Under the pieces are notes generated by a model. The model was not told where the DNA came from and did not search any database. It was given only the letters and a program-made list of their open reading frames with translations. A stretch of DNA of 64,000 nt from Isurus oxyrinchus (lineage: Eukaryota), in NCBI GenBank assembly GCA_026770705.1, contig JANJGN010000004.1, forward strand, positions 172,794,001 through 172,858,000, read 5' to 3'. The position numbers were made by a program, and so were the translations under genes. Positions 35,686 to 48,054 of the stretch are shown here, piece by piece (position 1 is the stretch's first letter; the number at the start of each line of letters is the position of its first letter).

Positions 35686-38600
35686 ATTGGTAAATAGTGG
35701 GTAAATTGACTAAAAGGTATGGGGATGAATGAAGGGTGGAAAAAATTTAAAGAAACAATTCAAAATGTTCAACAAAAATAGATTCCCTTGAAAAACAAAA
35801 ACTCAGCAAGAAAGACCCAACTATGGCTCGCTCAGAAAGTTAAGGATAGTATTAGATTCAAAGGAGAGGCTCACAATGTTGCAAAAGACAGCAAGTTTGA
35901 GGATTGGGGATGTTTTAGAAACCAGAAAAGGGCCATCAAAAAGTTGATAAAAAGAAAAAAAGAAATAACTTGAGAGTAAACTAACCAGAAATATAAAAAC
36001 AGATTGCAAGAGCTTTTATCAGGATATAAGAAGGAAAAGGGGATGCTAAGATAAACGCTGGTTCCTTCGAAGCAACAACAGGAGAATTTATCATGGGGAA
36101 TAAGGAAATGGCAGAGACACTGGACAAGTATTTTATGTCTGTCTTCGCAGCAGAAGGCACACATTTCATGCCATAAATAGATTGTAACCTCGGGCTAAAA
36201 AGAGTGAGGAAATTAAATAGCAGCAGAGAAAAAGTATTGGAGAAATTAAGGGACTAAAATCCTACAAATCACCAGGACCTGATGGCCTACACGCTAGGGT
36301 TCTAAAATACATAGCTGCAAAGTTATGATTTTCCAAAATTCCTTAGATTCAGGAATGGTCCATTTGATTGAAAGTTGACAAATGTTACACCACTTTTCAA
36401 GGATGGAGGGAGAGAGAAAACAGGAACTATAGCCCAGTTAGCCAAGCATCAGTTGTTGGGAAAATGCTAGAATTTATTATTAAGGAAATCTTAACAATGT
36501 ACTTAGAAAAGCATAGTATGATTAGAACAAGTCAACATGGATTACTAAATGGAAATCCTGTTTGATAAATTTATCAGAGTATTTTTACGATGTAATGAGT
36601 AGGGTAGATAAAGGGGAACCAGTAGTTGTAGCATACCTGGATTTCCAAAAGACATTTGATAAAGTGCCACACGAAAGGTTAATAGGCAAGATAAGGGCTC
36701 ATGGAGTTGTGGATAATATTTTGGCATGAGTAGAGGGTAGGTTAATGGATAGAAAGCAGAGTGGACATAAACAGGGCTTTTTCAAGTTGGTCAGGCAGTG
36801 AATACTGGAGTGCCACAAGAATCGGTGCAGATGCCTCAGCTATTTATTATCTATATTAATGAGTTAGATGAAGAGACAGTGAATAATGTATCAAAGTTTG
36901 GTAATGATACCAAGCTAGGTGGGAAAGTAGAGGAAGGACTAAGAGAGGCTGCAAAGAGACATAGAAAGTTTAAGTGAGTGGGCAACAAGATGGCAGATAG
37001 ATTATAATGTAGGGAAATATGAAATTATTCACTTTGGCCATAAGAATTGAAAAGCAGAATATTTTGTAAAAGTTGTAAAACTTTTAAGCATTGATGTCCA
37101 AAGAGACTTGGGTATTCTCGTACAAGAAGCACAGAAAGTTAGCATGCAGGTGCAGCAAGCGTTAAGGAAGGCAAATGGCACATTGGCCTTTATTACAAGG
37201 AGATTGGAGTACAAGAATAAAGTAGTTTTGTTACAATTGTACAGGATTTTGGTGAGGCCATGTCTGGAACAGTGTGTGTAGTTTTGGTCTCCACATTTAA
37301 GAAAGAGCATATGTGCACTGGAGGTGGTACAGCGATGGTTCACTAAACTGGTCCCTGGAATGAGGGGGTTATCCTGTGATGAGAGGCTAAGTAAATTGGG
37401 CTTATATTCTCTGGAGTTTAGCAGAATGAGAGGCAATCTCATAGAAACCTACAAAATTCTGAAGAGGTTTGATTGGGTGGATGCTGAGAGATTGTTTCCG
37501 CTAGTTAGGGGGTCTATAACATGGGGGCACAATCTCAGGATAAGGAGCCGATCACTTAGGACTGAGGTGAGAAAAAAATGTCACTCAAATGGTTGTGAAT
37601 CTTAGGAATTCTCTACCCAGAGGATTGTGGATGCTCCATTGTTGAACACATTTAAAGCTCAGAAAGGCAGGTTTTTGGTGTCTCAAGGAATTAAGGGATA
37701 TGGGGAGCAGGTGGGAAGATGGGTGGCCTTGGAATATCAAAGATTGGATGTCAATGACTCTGGCCTCAAGGGATAACTGAGGCATGTTATAGTGGGGTAT
37801 TCAGATGGTTTGTGATTTTGGGGACTGCGATTTTTGACTTTTGTTTGCTTGTAACAAAGCAAGCAAACCGTTTAAAAAATTTTCTACTGGTCCAGAATGC
37901 AACTGGGATTGTAATTTCATTGACTTTTCAAATTTGTTGTATTTTTTCATGTTGTTCTAGTTCCAAATTTTATTTTGTAAAGAGAGCTTCCTTGTGGTCA
38001 TTGCTCATTGTTCATCTGGAAACCTCTTAGAACTGTAATCAGAGGTCTAGTTGTGTGATACAAATCGAGACCTGGAATTTAGGATATCACTATTACCAGT
38101 TTATGTCAGAGGCCTGAGATGGCAATCTTCTGGTTTAAAAAAAGATTGTTGCTTCAGGGTTTATAAAAAAAAAACATATTACACAGAGGATTGATAGTCC
38201 TCACAGAAATAGTGGTGGAAGCAAAATCCATAACAGCTTTTAAAATTGCAGTGAATTAGTAAGAGAATAACTTGGATGTGCATGGGGGAAAAGGGCAGGG
38301 AAAGAAGAGGAACTGGATAGCTCTTTCAAAGAGGGAGCACAGCTGTGGTGTACCAAATGGCTTCCTTCTGTGTTGCAAAAGATTGTGCAACTGATTTTAA
38401 ATGCCTCAATTGCCGCAAACAGAGCAATAACACAATTAAAATTATGGTAGCATATTTATTGCTCTGTTCTTCTCCGTCGGGAGCATGGTTAACTGTGAAG
38501 ACGGTTAAGAACGATAGCGGGATGTATTAATGATTCAGGCAGATAGATGTCAGATGTCATTTTATGCAGAGAAATGCATATTGTGAAAGGTAAAATCCTA

Positions 38601-39264
38601 AAAGGAGTAGTGGAGCAGAAAGATTTATGAGTCAGGATACAAATCTTTAAAAATGAGCAAGCTTTTATTTTTAAAAAAGCAGCATTTGGTGTTCTAGAAT
38701 TTATTTTAAAAAAGAACTTGGGATAAAAATGCAGAAGGATCCATTAAGGTGATAGTAGGCTTTTAATTCTGAGAGGAAGAGGCTCTTTTCATTAGAACAA
38801 AGAAAATCTAATGGATGTTTTTAAAGTTATGAGAGAATTGATAAGGTAAATCAAGAAAAGTTCTTACCGTGTATTGATAATAAGGGGACATAAATTTAAG
38901 GTTGTTAGTAGAAGAACAGGACCTCTTGATTTTTTTCATTGTACTCCAAAGGGTTATGAGCACAAATGGAAATAGTGGTGGAAACAAAATCCATAATATC
39001 TTTTTGAAAGGTAAGTGAATTAACATAATAAAAAATTTAAACGGTTATGGAGAAAGGGCAGGGAAATGAGTCAAAATGGATAGCTCTTTCAGAGAACCAG
39101 AACAGATATGATAGAGTCAGTGGTCCTTCTCTGTGCTGTAAAATCTAGGGAGGTAATTTTAAGATGTCACAACTGGCAGAAAGCGGGTCAAAACACAGTT
39201 AAAATAGCACTGTAAAATTTACCCTACTGCATTCCAATGACTCTGCTCCCTTGTGTACAACTCT

Positions 39265-40691
39265 GGCCTGAATTTTTGTAAAGATGGAGAGGGTCTCTGG
39301 CTTAGCCAAAATGGCACCGGAGACCCAATTCCAGAAGTCCTGCCCTGAACCATTTTCACAGGGGCGGGGGGAGGGTGGTGGGTAGTTGCACAACACATAA
39401 CAGAGGCAGGTTTTCATTTACACCTGTGGTTCACAGAGGCAGCTGGACATGTAAAAGTGCAGCTGCCTTCGAACTGATCCAGTTTTTGTACTTGAGATGC
39501 CCAAAACATAACTTGTGGGCTTTAGGCCTTTCAGGAGAAGGTCTGAAGCTGCCGGAGTTCTTTATAGTAGTAGGGATCCTTTTTGGAGAGGCAGAATACC
39601 TTTTTGGATAGGTCCAAGGATACCTTTGGGAGAGGTCAAGTGCTCTTTGGGAGTGTTAAAAGTCGACATGAATGACTGTAAAAGTGGTTAAACTCATTGG
39701 AACTGTCAAGCTGACAAGGCATTTAAATCTCCAGGCCTCCGAATTAAAATAAAGCATGCTGCAGTTTTTTTTTAAGGTGCTTGCTATTTCACTCTGTCTC
39801 TTGATATAATCCTGTGGGCTATCATTGTAGGATTGTGTTGCATGACTGTTTTCACAACATATCATTATCACAATGGGGTGTCTGTCAGTCCACAGTTTGA
39901 TGGATAGCTCCAAGTGATTATAAAGTGTTTGACGTGGAGCTCTGAATATAAATGCTTGTTTTTATAAGGGACTAAACACTTGAATGAAATGTGTGTTTTT
40001 AATGGGATTATGAAGTTGAAGGAATGTAAATGTAGTAAGTTTTTTTGTGAATGTGAGTTTATTTTATAAAGAAATTAAATCTGAAATAGACAGTTAGAAC
40101 CTGATTTCATTTCATCTCAGCATGGGTCCTATGGTCTGCCCAAGGTGGATAATGGCAAGTTGGCATCGAGGGTGTACGGGCAAAAGATGGTGTGTGTGGG
40201 GCATGGATTGTCATAGGGACTATAAAAGGGCCATGTAGTTAGATAGAGGGACATAGTTTGGTGTGGAAGTTTTGAGGGGCCATGGGGGCTGCATGGGGAG
40301 CATGAGGTGGCATGAGTTGGTATGGATGGGGCATGGGGAATGTGTGGGGGGTTATGGGATGTGAGGGGTGAGGGCTGGAAGGCTGTTTATTTTTGGTTAT
40401 TTGTCCTTTTTACTGATGGGGCGAAGCCCCAAATCACTGAGGCATTTCACACTGTCCACTTTTGCACCCACTAGCCCCTGTGGCTGTTTCCAAACTCTTT
40501 TGCGGGGTGGGGCCAGGGAGGGAGATGGGCCAGGCCCGACTCCTATTCATAACTAACCCCCTGCAACCTCCCCCCACCCCGACTGCCAGAACAAAATTAG
40601 ACCACCCAGGGAACTTTATCCCGAGTCCAGTTTACGAAGCCAGGAATTTTCCTGACTCTGTATTCCTGACTCGAGAGTGAACACTCAGGCC
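39265..40691. mobile_element. Non-autonomous TIR element family C (1.4 kb)
   Basis: GGCCTGAATTTT ... GAACACTCAGGCC with TCT on both sides (3-bp TSD). Both ends match the 43560-45975 element in reverse. Confidence 0.72.
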
Positions 40692-41892
40692 TCTCTCCTT
40701 TCCTCATCATTGGCAGCTATGTCTTCAATAAAATAGGCCACACACTTTGGAATTTGACACTAAATCTTCCAGCTCTAAAAGAATTTCCTCTGTTCAGACC
40801 AAACATGCTTTTGGTCACCTCTGTCCATTTGCCTCTGTATCATGATCTGAAGGCATTTTTCTATTTTAGAAGCACTAGATTCCTAATTGATTTGGTAACC
40901 TGGATTGTTTGAAGTTCCTATTCTAATTGATATAATCTTTAGTTGTTACCAAAATTATTTTTTAAAAAAAGCAAACTCATTCTGTTTTTTCACTCTGCAA
41001 AGCAGGGCATCAGCAGCAAATTCTTAACTACGAATCCATGATACATGTTACCATTGTGATAAGTTTAGTGCGTTTTAATCCTGTAAAACTTCTTTAGGAA
41101 CATTGGTCTTCTGAACCAAATCACCACGTTATTTCCCTGGGCAAATTATGCCAGTGAAATGTTGCTTCTAAATTCTTTTGATGCTATCTGCATCCATGTA
41201 ATGCAGCATTTTCCACACATAAAGTTGATCTTGAGGCCTCTGAGTATTCTACTCCCTCTTTACTATACTGGCGCATTTTCTTAGCACAATCAACACAAAT
41301 TTGCCCATAGTATTGGATCAACACAAGAAATATAAAAGGGAATGGGCAACACTAAAGATAACTGGGTCACTGCAAGAAACTGAGCTCTTCACAAAGAGGT
41401 TGTTGGAAACACAAAGGACTTTGCGGGATTTGGTCTTAATGTATTTTATTGGATCTGTCCGGCAGGCAATGTGATTTTGCTCAATAACCTGATTTATGTG
41501 ATAAATTGCACGTTGATTTACAGCTAGTGCAGTTTTATCGGGGATAACGAATTTGTCAGGTATACTTGACTTCTGGGCTGTTGGTTATTTTCAGGTCCCA
41601 GCTGGTGAAGTGTCAAGCATTAGCAAATTCGTTTTGTGTAATTGTATTTGTCAGTTTAATTATGGATTGGTCATTCAAGCAGAAGTAGAAGCAGAAGAAG
41701 CAAGTGGAGCAATGAGAAGTGCAGCATTTTTGTGCCATATTGACAATTTAAGGATCCTTGTTGCAAATAATTAATTACACATATCTTGAACAACATGCAC
41801 CTTCATTGAATTAAATCCCTTATTACAACAGGGAAGGGCTTAATTCAATAGGCATGTATTTTCTGGTTTCAACAACACTGTCACACATGATT

Positions 41893-42300
41893 AAAGGAAG
41901 AACTTAGATATACATGGTGCCTTTCATGACCTCAGCATCCCCAAAGCACTTTACAGCCACTAGGATACTTTTGAAGTGTAGTCATTTTTGTATTATGGGG
42001 AAACACAGTCAATTTGCAAGATCCCACAAACAGTAATAGGATAATGAACAAATAATGTATATTTCTGTGATGTAGATTAAGGAATAAACCAGAACATCAA
42101 AGGACTCCCCTTTTCTTCTGTGAATAGTAACATGGGATCTTTTACATCCACCTGAGGGGACAGATGGATGTTGTTTTAACTTATTTTAAGAAAAACAGCA
42201 TCTTCATCTGTATCTCACTGAATTATGTGCTCAAGTTTCCAGAGTGAAACTTGAACCCTTCTGTGGTGATAGTACTGCCGCTGGAACAAGGCTGACAACA
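41893..42300 (-). mobile_element. DeuSINE (SacSINE1-like), degenerate
   Basis: Reverse match to the 31399 copy (gcctttcatgacctcagcatcccaaagcacttt...catgggatcttttacatcca). Further partial copies near 42900-43230, 50620-50710 and 51320-51510. Confidence 0.65.
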
Positions 42301-43989
42301 TTTATTCCTTAACTAAGACCACCACCCCCCCCCACCCCATACAATACAGACACCCAAGAAACCCTCTTCATCACAATAAACTCATGGCAGAGGATTTGGG
42401 AATAGATGAAACGATGCCCATGGCTACCAGCTTAACCCCTGAGTAATTATTTCTTTTCAAATCCATAAGCAGTAAAGTAAAACGAAGCATCATTTTTGTG
42501 AGGTAGTTTTCCTCTTGAGCAAGTGGCTCACCTGCCATGTTGGAAAATGGCGGCCCGAGTTATATTTAAAGTAATTAAAAAACCTTATATATGCATGATG
42601 TATTTTGATGCCTAGACATAGCAGTATGGATCCTGATGTGCCCTGTAGTCTTTTCAGATCCCTGACATTTCTTGTTTTTGTGATCAAATTTGTTGTGCAG
42701 TGCAGTAGTCTGTCAGGTGTAGAATTTTATGAAGTTCTGTGTGTAGTACTATTAAATATATGTTATAATATATATTATATTAATTTAAATAGTATTTTTA
42801 AACATGTTACTAAAGAGATTAAAACTTATCAGCAGATCTATCATGTCTGCTATGAATTGCAAATGCTTTGGATAGGATCACAGTTACTAGCTATTTGACA
42901 GCATGAGTGTACCTCAAAGCACTCCACAACCAATGAATTAGTCACTGTTTTATTTTTGCTAATTTGAGCATGGCAAGGTCTTACAAACAGCAATGAAATG
43001 TACAATCAATCAACTTTTCTTCTAGTAGTGCTGATTGAGGGTATCCATATTGGCCTCTACCATGGGGCAACTGCCCTGCTCTTCTTCAAAGGGGGCCAGG
43101 CATCTTTTATGCGCAACTTAACAAGCAGACATCTTCTCAGTCAAATCACACAACTAAAACACAATGTCATCTAGATTATGTGAGTAATCCCGGTCAACCT
43201 GCAACCTTCAGAGACGAGATTGATGCCACAAAGCCAAACTGCCACCGAGGCCAGTCAGAGCAGCATTACTATTCTAGGTTTACAAAGTATGTATTCAAAC
43301 CAATTATATCAAGATGGCTCTCTCGTTTATCAAGAGAGAAATTGGGAATCTTTCTGCAGTTTCTGTTTATGTACAATTCATTTGTGTACCTAGCTATGCA
43401 TAAGTGATAATTAATAAAGGATAATCCTTCACATTCAGATTTTTTGAGGAGCTCTTCTCCTACTGAGTCCAATCACCAGAGTAGCAACGTTGATTTATAA
43501 CAAATTGATATCTTGCAGACCGAGAATCCAACAAAGGATCATATTGCTTTAGGAACACTGGCCGTGATTTTCATCTTCGAGGCAGGTAGCGGGAGTTGGG
43601 AAAATTCCCGGCTCAAACTGCTTGCCTCGGGAGAAAGTGTCCACAGAGGTGGGATCTTCATTGCTAAGGTTCAGGTGCAAAGTGGAGTTGAACCAGCTGA
43701 CCCATGAAGAAGTGTGGAGGCAGCCACAAGGGCTGCCAGGTGCCGAAGATTAAAAGGCCCACATTGGTGCCATGGGACTTTGTTCCAGTTAAAATAAAAA
43801 CACAAAGGCCCTCCATCCCTCACCTCCCACACCCCCTTCACCCTTCAAACATTCCCCATGGCCCATCCATGCCACCTCATAAACCCCACCCACTCCCCCA
43901 TTGCCCCTTATGCTCCCCAGGCTAAGCTCTGCCTTTACACCCACCCCCCTATGCCCCTCATGTCCTTTTAGCCCCTCTGCCCACCCCAC

Positions 43990-44212
43990 GGGCAGAATTT
44001 TGCCCTTGATGGGCAGGTGGGCCCCACCGGCTCGGCGGCAGGCAGGCCGCCGATCGCCGCCGTCAAAACGGGTCCCGTCACCGTTTTAAGTGGGCGAGCC
44101 AATTAAGGCCCACCCAGAGGGACGCCTGATGGGAAGCGCTATGCTCTTCCTGTGCGGGTGGGGGAGGGATTCCCCAAATGTCAGAGTACGCTCTTTTGCG
44201 CATCTCCCTGAG
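43990..44212. mobile_element. Family A MITE left arm
   Basis: GGGCAGAATTTTGCCCTTG (same as the 18669 terminus), breaking at catctccctgag. Confidence 0.75.
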
Positions 44213-45786
44213 ACTGGGAGAGAGGCTGCGGAGAGAGCAGATTTCCCAAAAGAACTGAAAGGTCCCAAGGCGAAGGGGTGCAGAGGAGGGAAACCAAAAT
44301 ACCTCTTAGTCAAAGGAAGAGCAGGGACAGGATTTTCCCCTTGGCGGGTGTGCTCGGCGGGGCAGTCAGGAAGCTGACCACCACCTGGGATGGACCATGA
44401 CCACCACCAATTGAGGCCTGCCCAGCGTGGAACATGGCACTGAGTGCTGTCTGTGCGGGCGAGGGGTTGGGGTGGGGGGGGGGGGGGCAGTGGTGGTGCG
44501 AGGAGGGCAAGTGAGCCTAGTGCGCACGACAGAGCACTGTTTAAAAAAAACTTAATGAACAAAATAAATATGTCATTGAACAAATCCTGTCATGTGACTG
44601 TCACATCAGCAGGGACATGTTTTTAATTCAAGTGTAAAATTTTTATTTTATTTTTATTTGTTTTAGGAAACCTCATCCCGTTCGTGGATGAGGTTTCCTA
44701 TAAAGTGCAAAGGCAGTTTGGCTTTTTCGCCAGCATAAACTTGAATTTACTAACCTTTTTAATGGCCCTAATAGGCCTTTTAGTTGTCGGTGGGTGCGTT
44801 GCCCACTTTGGCGCTTGCGTGCCTGCCGAACAAAATATTGTGGGACTACGCAAGGACATGGGGACACGTGCCCACCATCATCATCGCGCATCATTTTATG
44901 CTCAGCCAGGTGGGGCACCCACCCACCCACCGAGCTCAATCTTCTGCCCCAGGAGTCTGGAAAAGACCCTCTTCTGTGAAAGCATAAGTAAGGAACAGGG
45001 AGAAAGGCTGCAAGCTTCAGGTTTAAAGAGAAGAATGCTGCAGGAAACAGGTTCAAAGCGAGAAACCAGGAGGTCCAAAGAGACAGCTGAAGGCCTGTAA
45101 CTCTTTACTCTGTGCCTGTGAAGCAGTGATGTTCTGTTGGCATGGCTGAGTCAGCGAGAGAGGGTGCGTGGAAGAAAGCTTGAATGCACATGGTGATCCA
45201 GGGGAGAGAAACATCGGAAGGAGAGTTCAAAACCCTGAAGGTGGATCCTTGTAGAAGGCATCTGGGAGAGAGCGTTGTTTGGGAGAAGAATCCAGAGCAA
45301 GTTCTTGGAGAGTGTAGATTAGAAACCCTCATGTGAAAGACAGAGTGCAGTCAGACTAGTATGTTCATGGTGTAATAAGCATCTGGGGACAGTTGATGAA
45401 AGATCCATAGCATCTGTTTGGGGTGGCATCTATTACTTGGTTTCAGGGTGTGTTGTGCCTGACCACAGGTTACCTATTGGTTTACATGGACTGTGTTCTT
45501 ACTGTGGTCAGAGTATAAGATAGCTTTTCTAACTTGTGTTATCCTTAGAAACCTGTATGTATCTGTCAAGATATAGTTGTGGGTGACAGAGTATTATAGT
45601 ATAGTTCATCTTTTCTTGTTTAATAAATGCTTTATTCTTCTGTTAAAAGTTCATCAGCTGACTCCTGTGACTCTGTTCAGTAGCCCCACTCCACATATCT
45701 AAACAAAAACAAAGTTAGGATCTATCAAGCCGGGTTCGACCCTGAGATTTGGTTTGTCCAGCAGTAACATCAGCTGGGATCATAAC
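44213..45786 (+). mobile_element. 5'-truncated LTR-like segment
   Basis: AATAAA near 45622. 3' end gatttggtttgtccagcagtaacatcagctgggatcataac resembles the 3' end of the 61498-62564 LTR. Confidence 0.6.
44325..44949. mobile_element. Family A MITE inserted in the LTR segment
   Basis: GGACAGGATTTT ... AATCTTCTGCCC with perfect CAG/CAG TSD. Confidence 0.82.
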
Positions 45787-46335
45787 TGTCCGCAACGTAG
45801 CCAGCCAGGCTGGAAGTGTTAGATGTGGGCTTTTGACAGGAATGAACTTGCACCCTTTAAAGGCACTCCCGACAAGTGCACAGCCCGGGAATGAGGTCCA
45901 AATTCCTGGAATTGGTAGCCGCCGGCCATTTTTAAAGAGCACCTGAGTCATTCCAACTCAGTGAAAATCCAGACCATTGTATTTATATGAGGAAAGCAAC
46001 TTTCTGTTGATACTCAATGCATAGTATTTTTCTATGTTTTGCATATCTCTCACATTTTCAAGCCATTTTTTAACCACGGAGTGCAGCACATCTCGATCAA
46101 GCTGATAGGTGTTTTTTTAAATCTGCCTAACACAGCCATCTATCAAAAGTGCTACCAAGCTAATGCCTTATTAGTACAGTAAGCCACTAATTGCTGCTTG
46201 ACATTTTCATTCTGCTCTGCTTGAATAATCCTTTGAATAAACACAACCTGGACTGATGGAACAAAGTTTTTTTTGTAACTTACAAGAATGAGTTCGGATA
46301 GACAACTCAATTTACGAGCAAAACACAAAGCTGCC

Positions 46336-46993
46336 AACAAGGTAGTATTAGGTTGCAATGATGGCTGTCAAAGCTCATAGATAATTGATACTGATGTAAG
46401 AAGGTGCGGAGGTGCTGGACTGACTTCCTTGTCATTCTGCAACTGGCCTTTGGATACTCCTAAGTTCAGTGAGCTCAATTTTGAGTGATGGAGTACTTTG
46501 ACAACACTATACCGCTTTGTTAATATGGTCCTAGGTGGAATTTTACAATTCAATCAAAAGGGAGAGTTTGGTGTAATGGAAAAGGAATAAGTGAATCATG
46601 AGATGGCAACCCAATTAAAGGATTCAACCAAAGCTGCATGGGAAAAGTTCATGCCATTGTTTTATATTCATTCTCAGGACATAGGCATCATGACGAAGCC
46701 AGTCTTCATTGTCCACCCTTAATTGTCCTGAGAAGCTGGTGAATCAACTGTATAGCTTGCTAAGACCCTTCAGAAATCAGTTAAGAGTCAACCACAATGT
46801 TGTGGGAATAGAATAAAATCAAGGCCAGACCAGGTAACAATGGTAGTATTAGGTTGCAATGATAACTGTCAAAGCTCATAGATAATTGATACTGATGTAA
46901 GAAGGTGCTGAGGTGCTGGACTGACTTCCTTGTCATTCTGCAACCGGTCTTTGATACTCCTAAATTCAATGAGCTCAATTTTGAATGATGGAG
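46336..46993 (+). repeat. 158-bp direct duplication (46336-46493 and 46836-46993)
   Basis: Both copies read aacaa(t)ggtagtattaggttgcaatgat..ctgtcaaagctcatagataattgatactgatgtaagaaggtgc...gagctcaattttga.tgatggag, with few differences. Confidence 0.92.
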
Positions 46994-47240
46994 GTAAGAA
47001 ATTACAATTTTGGAGTGATGAGGTAACAAATTCCTTCTCTAAATGGTAATAGTGAACCAGTTGGGATTTTGCAACAATCTGACAGCTTTTCTGTCACTGA
47101 TATCTGCTTTGATTACCTTTTTTTTCATCTGAATTTAGATTTGCAAACTGCCATGTTGGGATTTGAACTTATTCTTTGGATTACTGGCCTGAGTTTAGGA
47201 GTTATTAATCTATTGCTATAACTACTATGCTACCATACTT
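46660..47240 (-). mobile_element. SINE-A, degenerate, interrupted by the duplicated segment
   Basis: gttaagagtcaaccacaatg...aggccagaccaggtaa [insert] aaattccttctctaaatgg...tagtgaaccag, collinear with other SINE-A copies. Confidence 0.65.
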
Positions 47241-47372
47241 CATCAAGCTCTACTTACAATATGGCGATAAACTCATGCCAAGGCCAACCTTTTCAGATGT
47301 GAACATCTCCAATATTCTGTGATTAATACCTGCTTTCAAATGGAGCAATAAAGAGGACATTCCATAGATCAA

Positions 47373-48054
47373 GGCCTGAATCTTCTGGTTGGCATGCGGG
47401 GGCAGGCCTCACTTGCTGATGCATAAAATGATGGGCGGTGGCATCGGACGTGCTTCCCAAGGTCACCGTGCATCATTCAGGTCTTCAGTTCGGCGGGCGC
47501 GCATCAGAGTCGGCTGCGTACCCGCCGAATTGTCAAAGGTCTATTAAGGCCATTATTAATCTAATTAAGCTTAAGGTTGGCAGGCAGGCTAAGAGCCCAG
47601 GCAGCCTTCGCATTTATCATGAAACCTCATTCATGGGCGGGATGAAGTTTCAGGAAGTATTTATAAATTGAATTAACATTTTTTATTAAAATTCTTTGAC
47701 ATGTCCCAGCTCATGTGGCACTGTCACGTGAGAGGACATGTCTGAATAATATTTTTTCTTTATTTAAATTTTTTATAATCAAACTAATCTCCCTGAGGCA
47801 GCTCTGTGCCTCAGGAAGATTTTTGCGCTCTTTCACGTGCATGGGTGTGAAAGAGCGCAGGCCCCAACTCTCCCTCCTCCCCTCACCCGCACAGAGAGCA
47901 CTCAGCGCTTGTGGGTGCGCATCACACTGGGTGGACCTTAATTAGCCCGCCCATGTAGAATGGCGGTGTACAGCCGATTGCAGGCAATGATTGGCTGTGC
48001 ACCAGCCCGCGCCTGCTCCCACTCAGCCCCCTGGACGGGGAGAAAATTCTCCCC
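47373..48054. mobile_element. Family A MITE (reverse orientation)
   Basis: GGCCTGAATCTTCT ... AGAAAATTCTCCCC with perfect CAA/CAA TSD. Confidence 0.88.

Larger units (their letters stand above)
33690..37730 (+). mobile_element. Long decayed CR1 LINE ORF2 (EN + RT) with nested insertions
   Basis: ORF 34823-35119 GDLNLHIDW...LRNSDHNVIEF (APE); NYSPVSQASVVGKMLE; ORF 37324-37605 CR1 C-terminus. Interrupted at 33897-34531 and 35152-35685. Confidence 0.88.
43560..45975. mobile_element. Family C TIR element hosting nested insertions
   Basis: GGCCGTGATTTTCA ... TGAAAATCCAGACC, flanks ACT/ATT. Confidence 0.65.
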
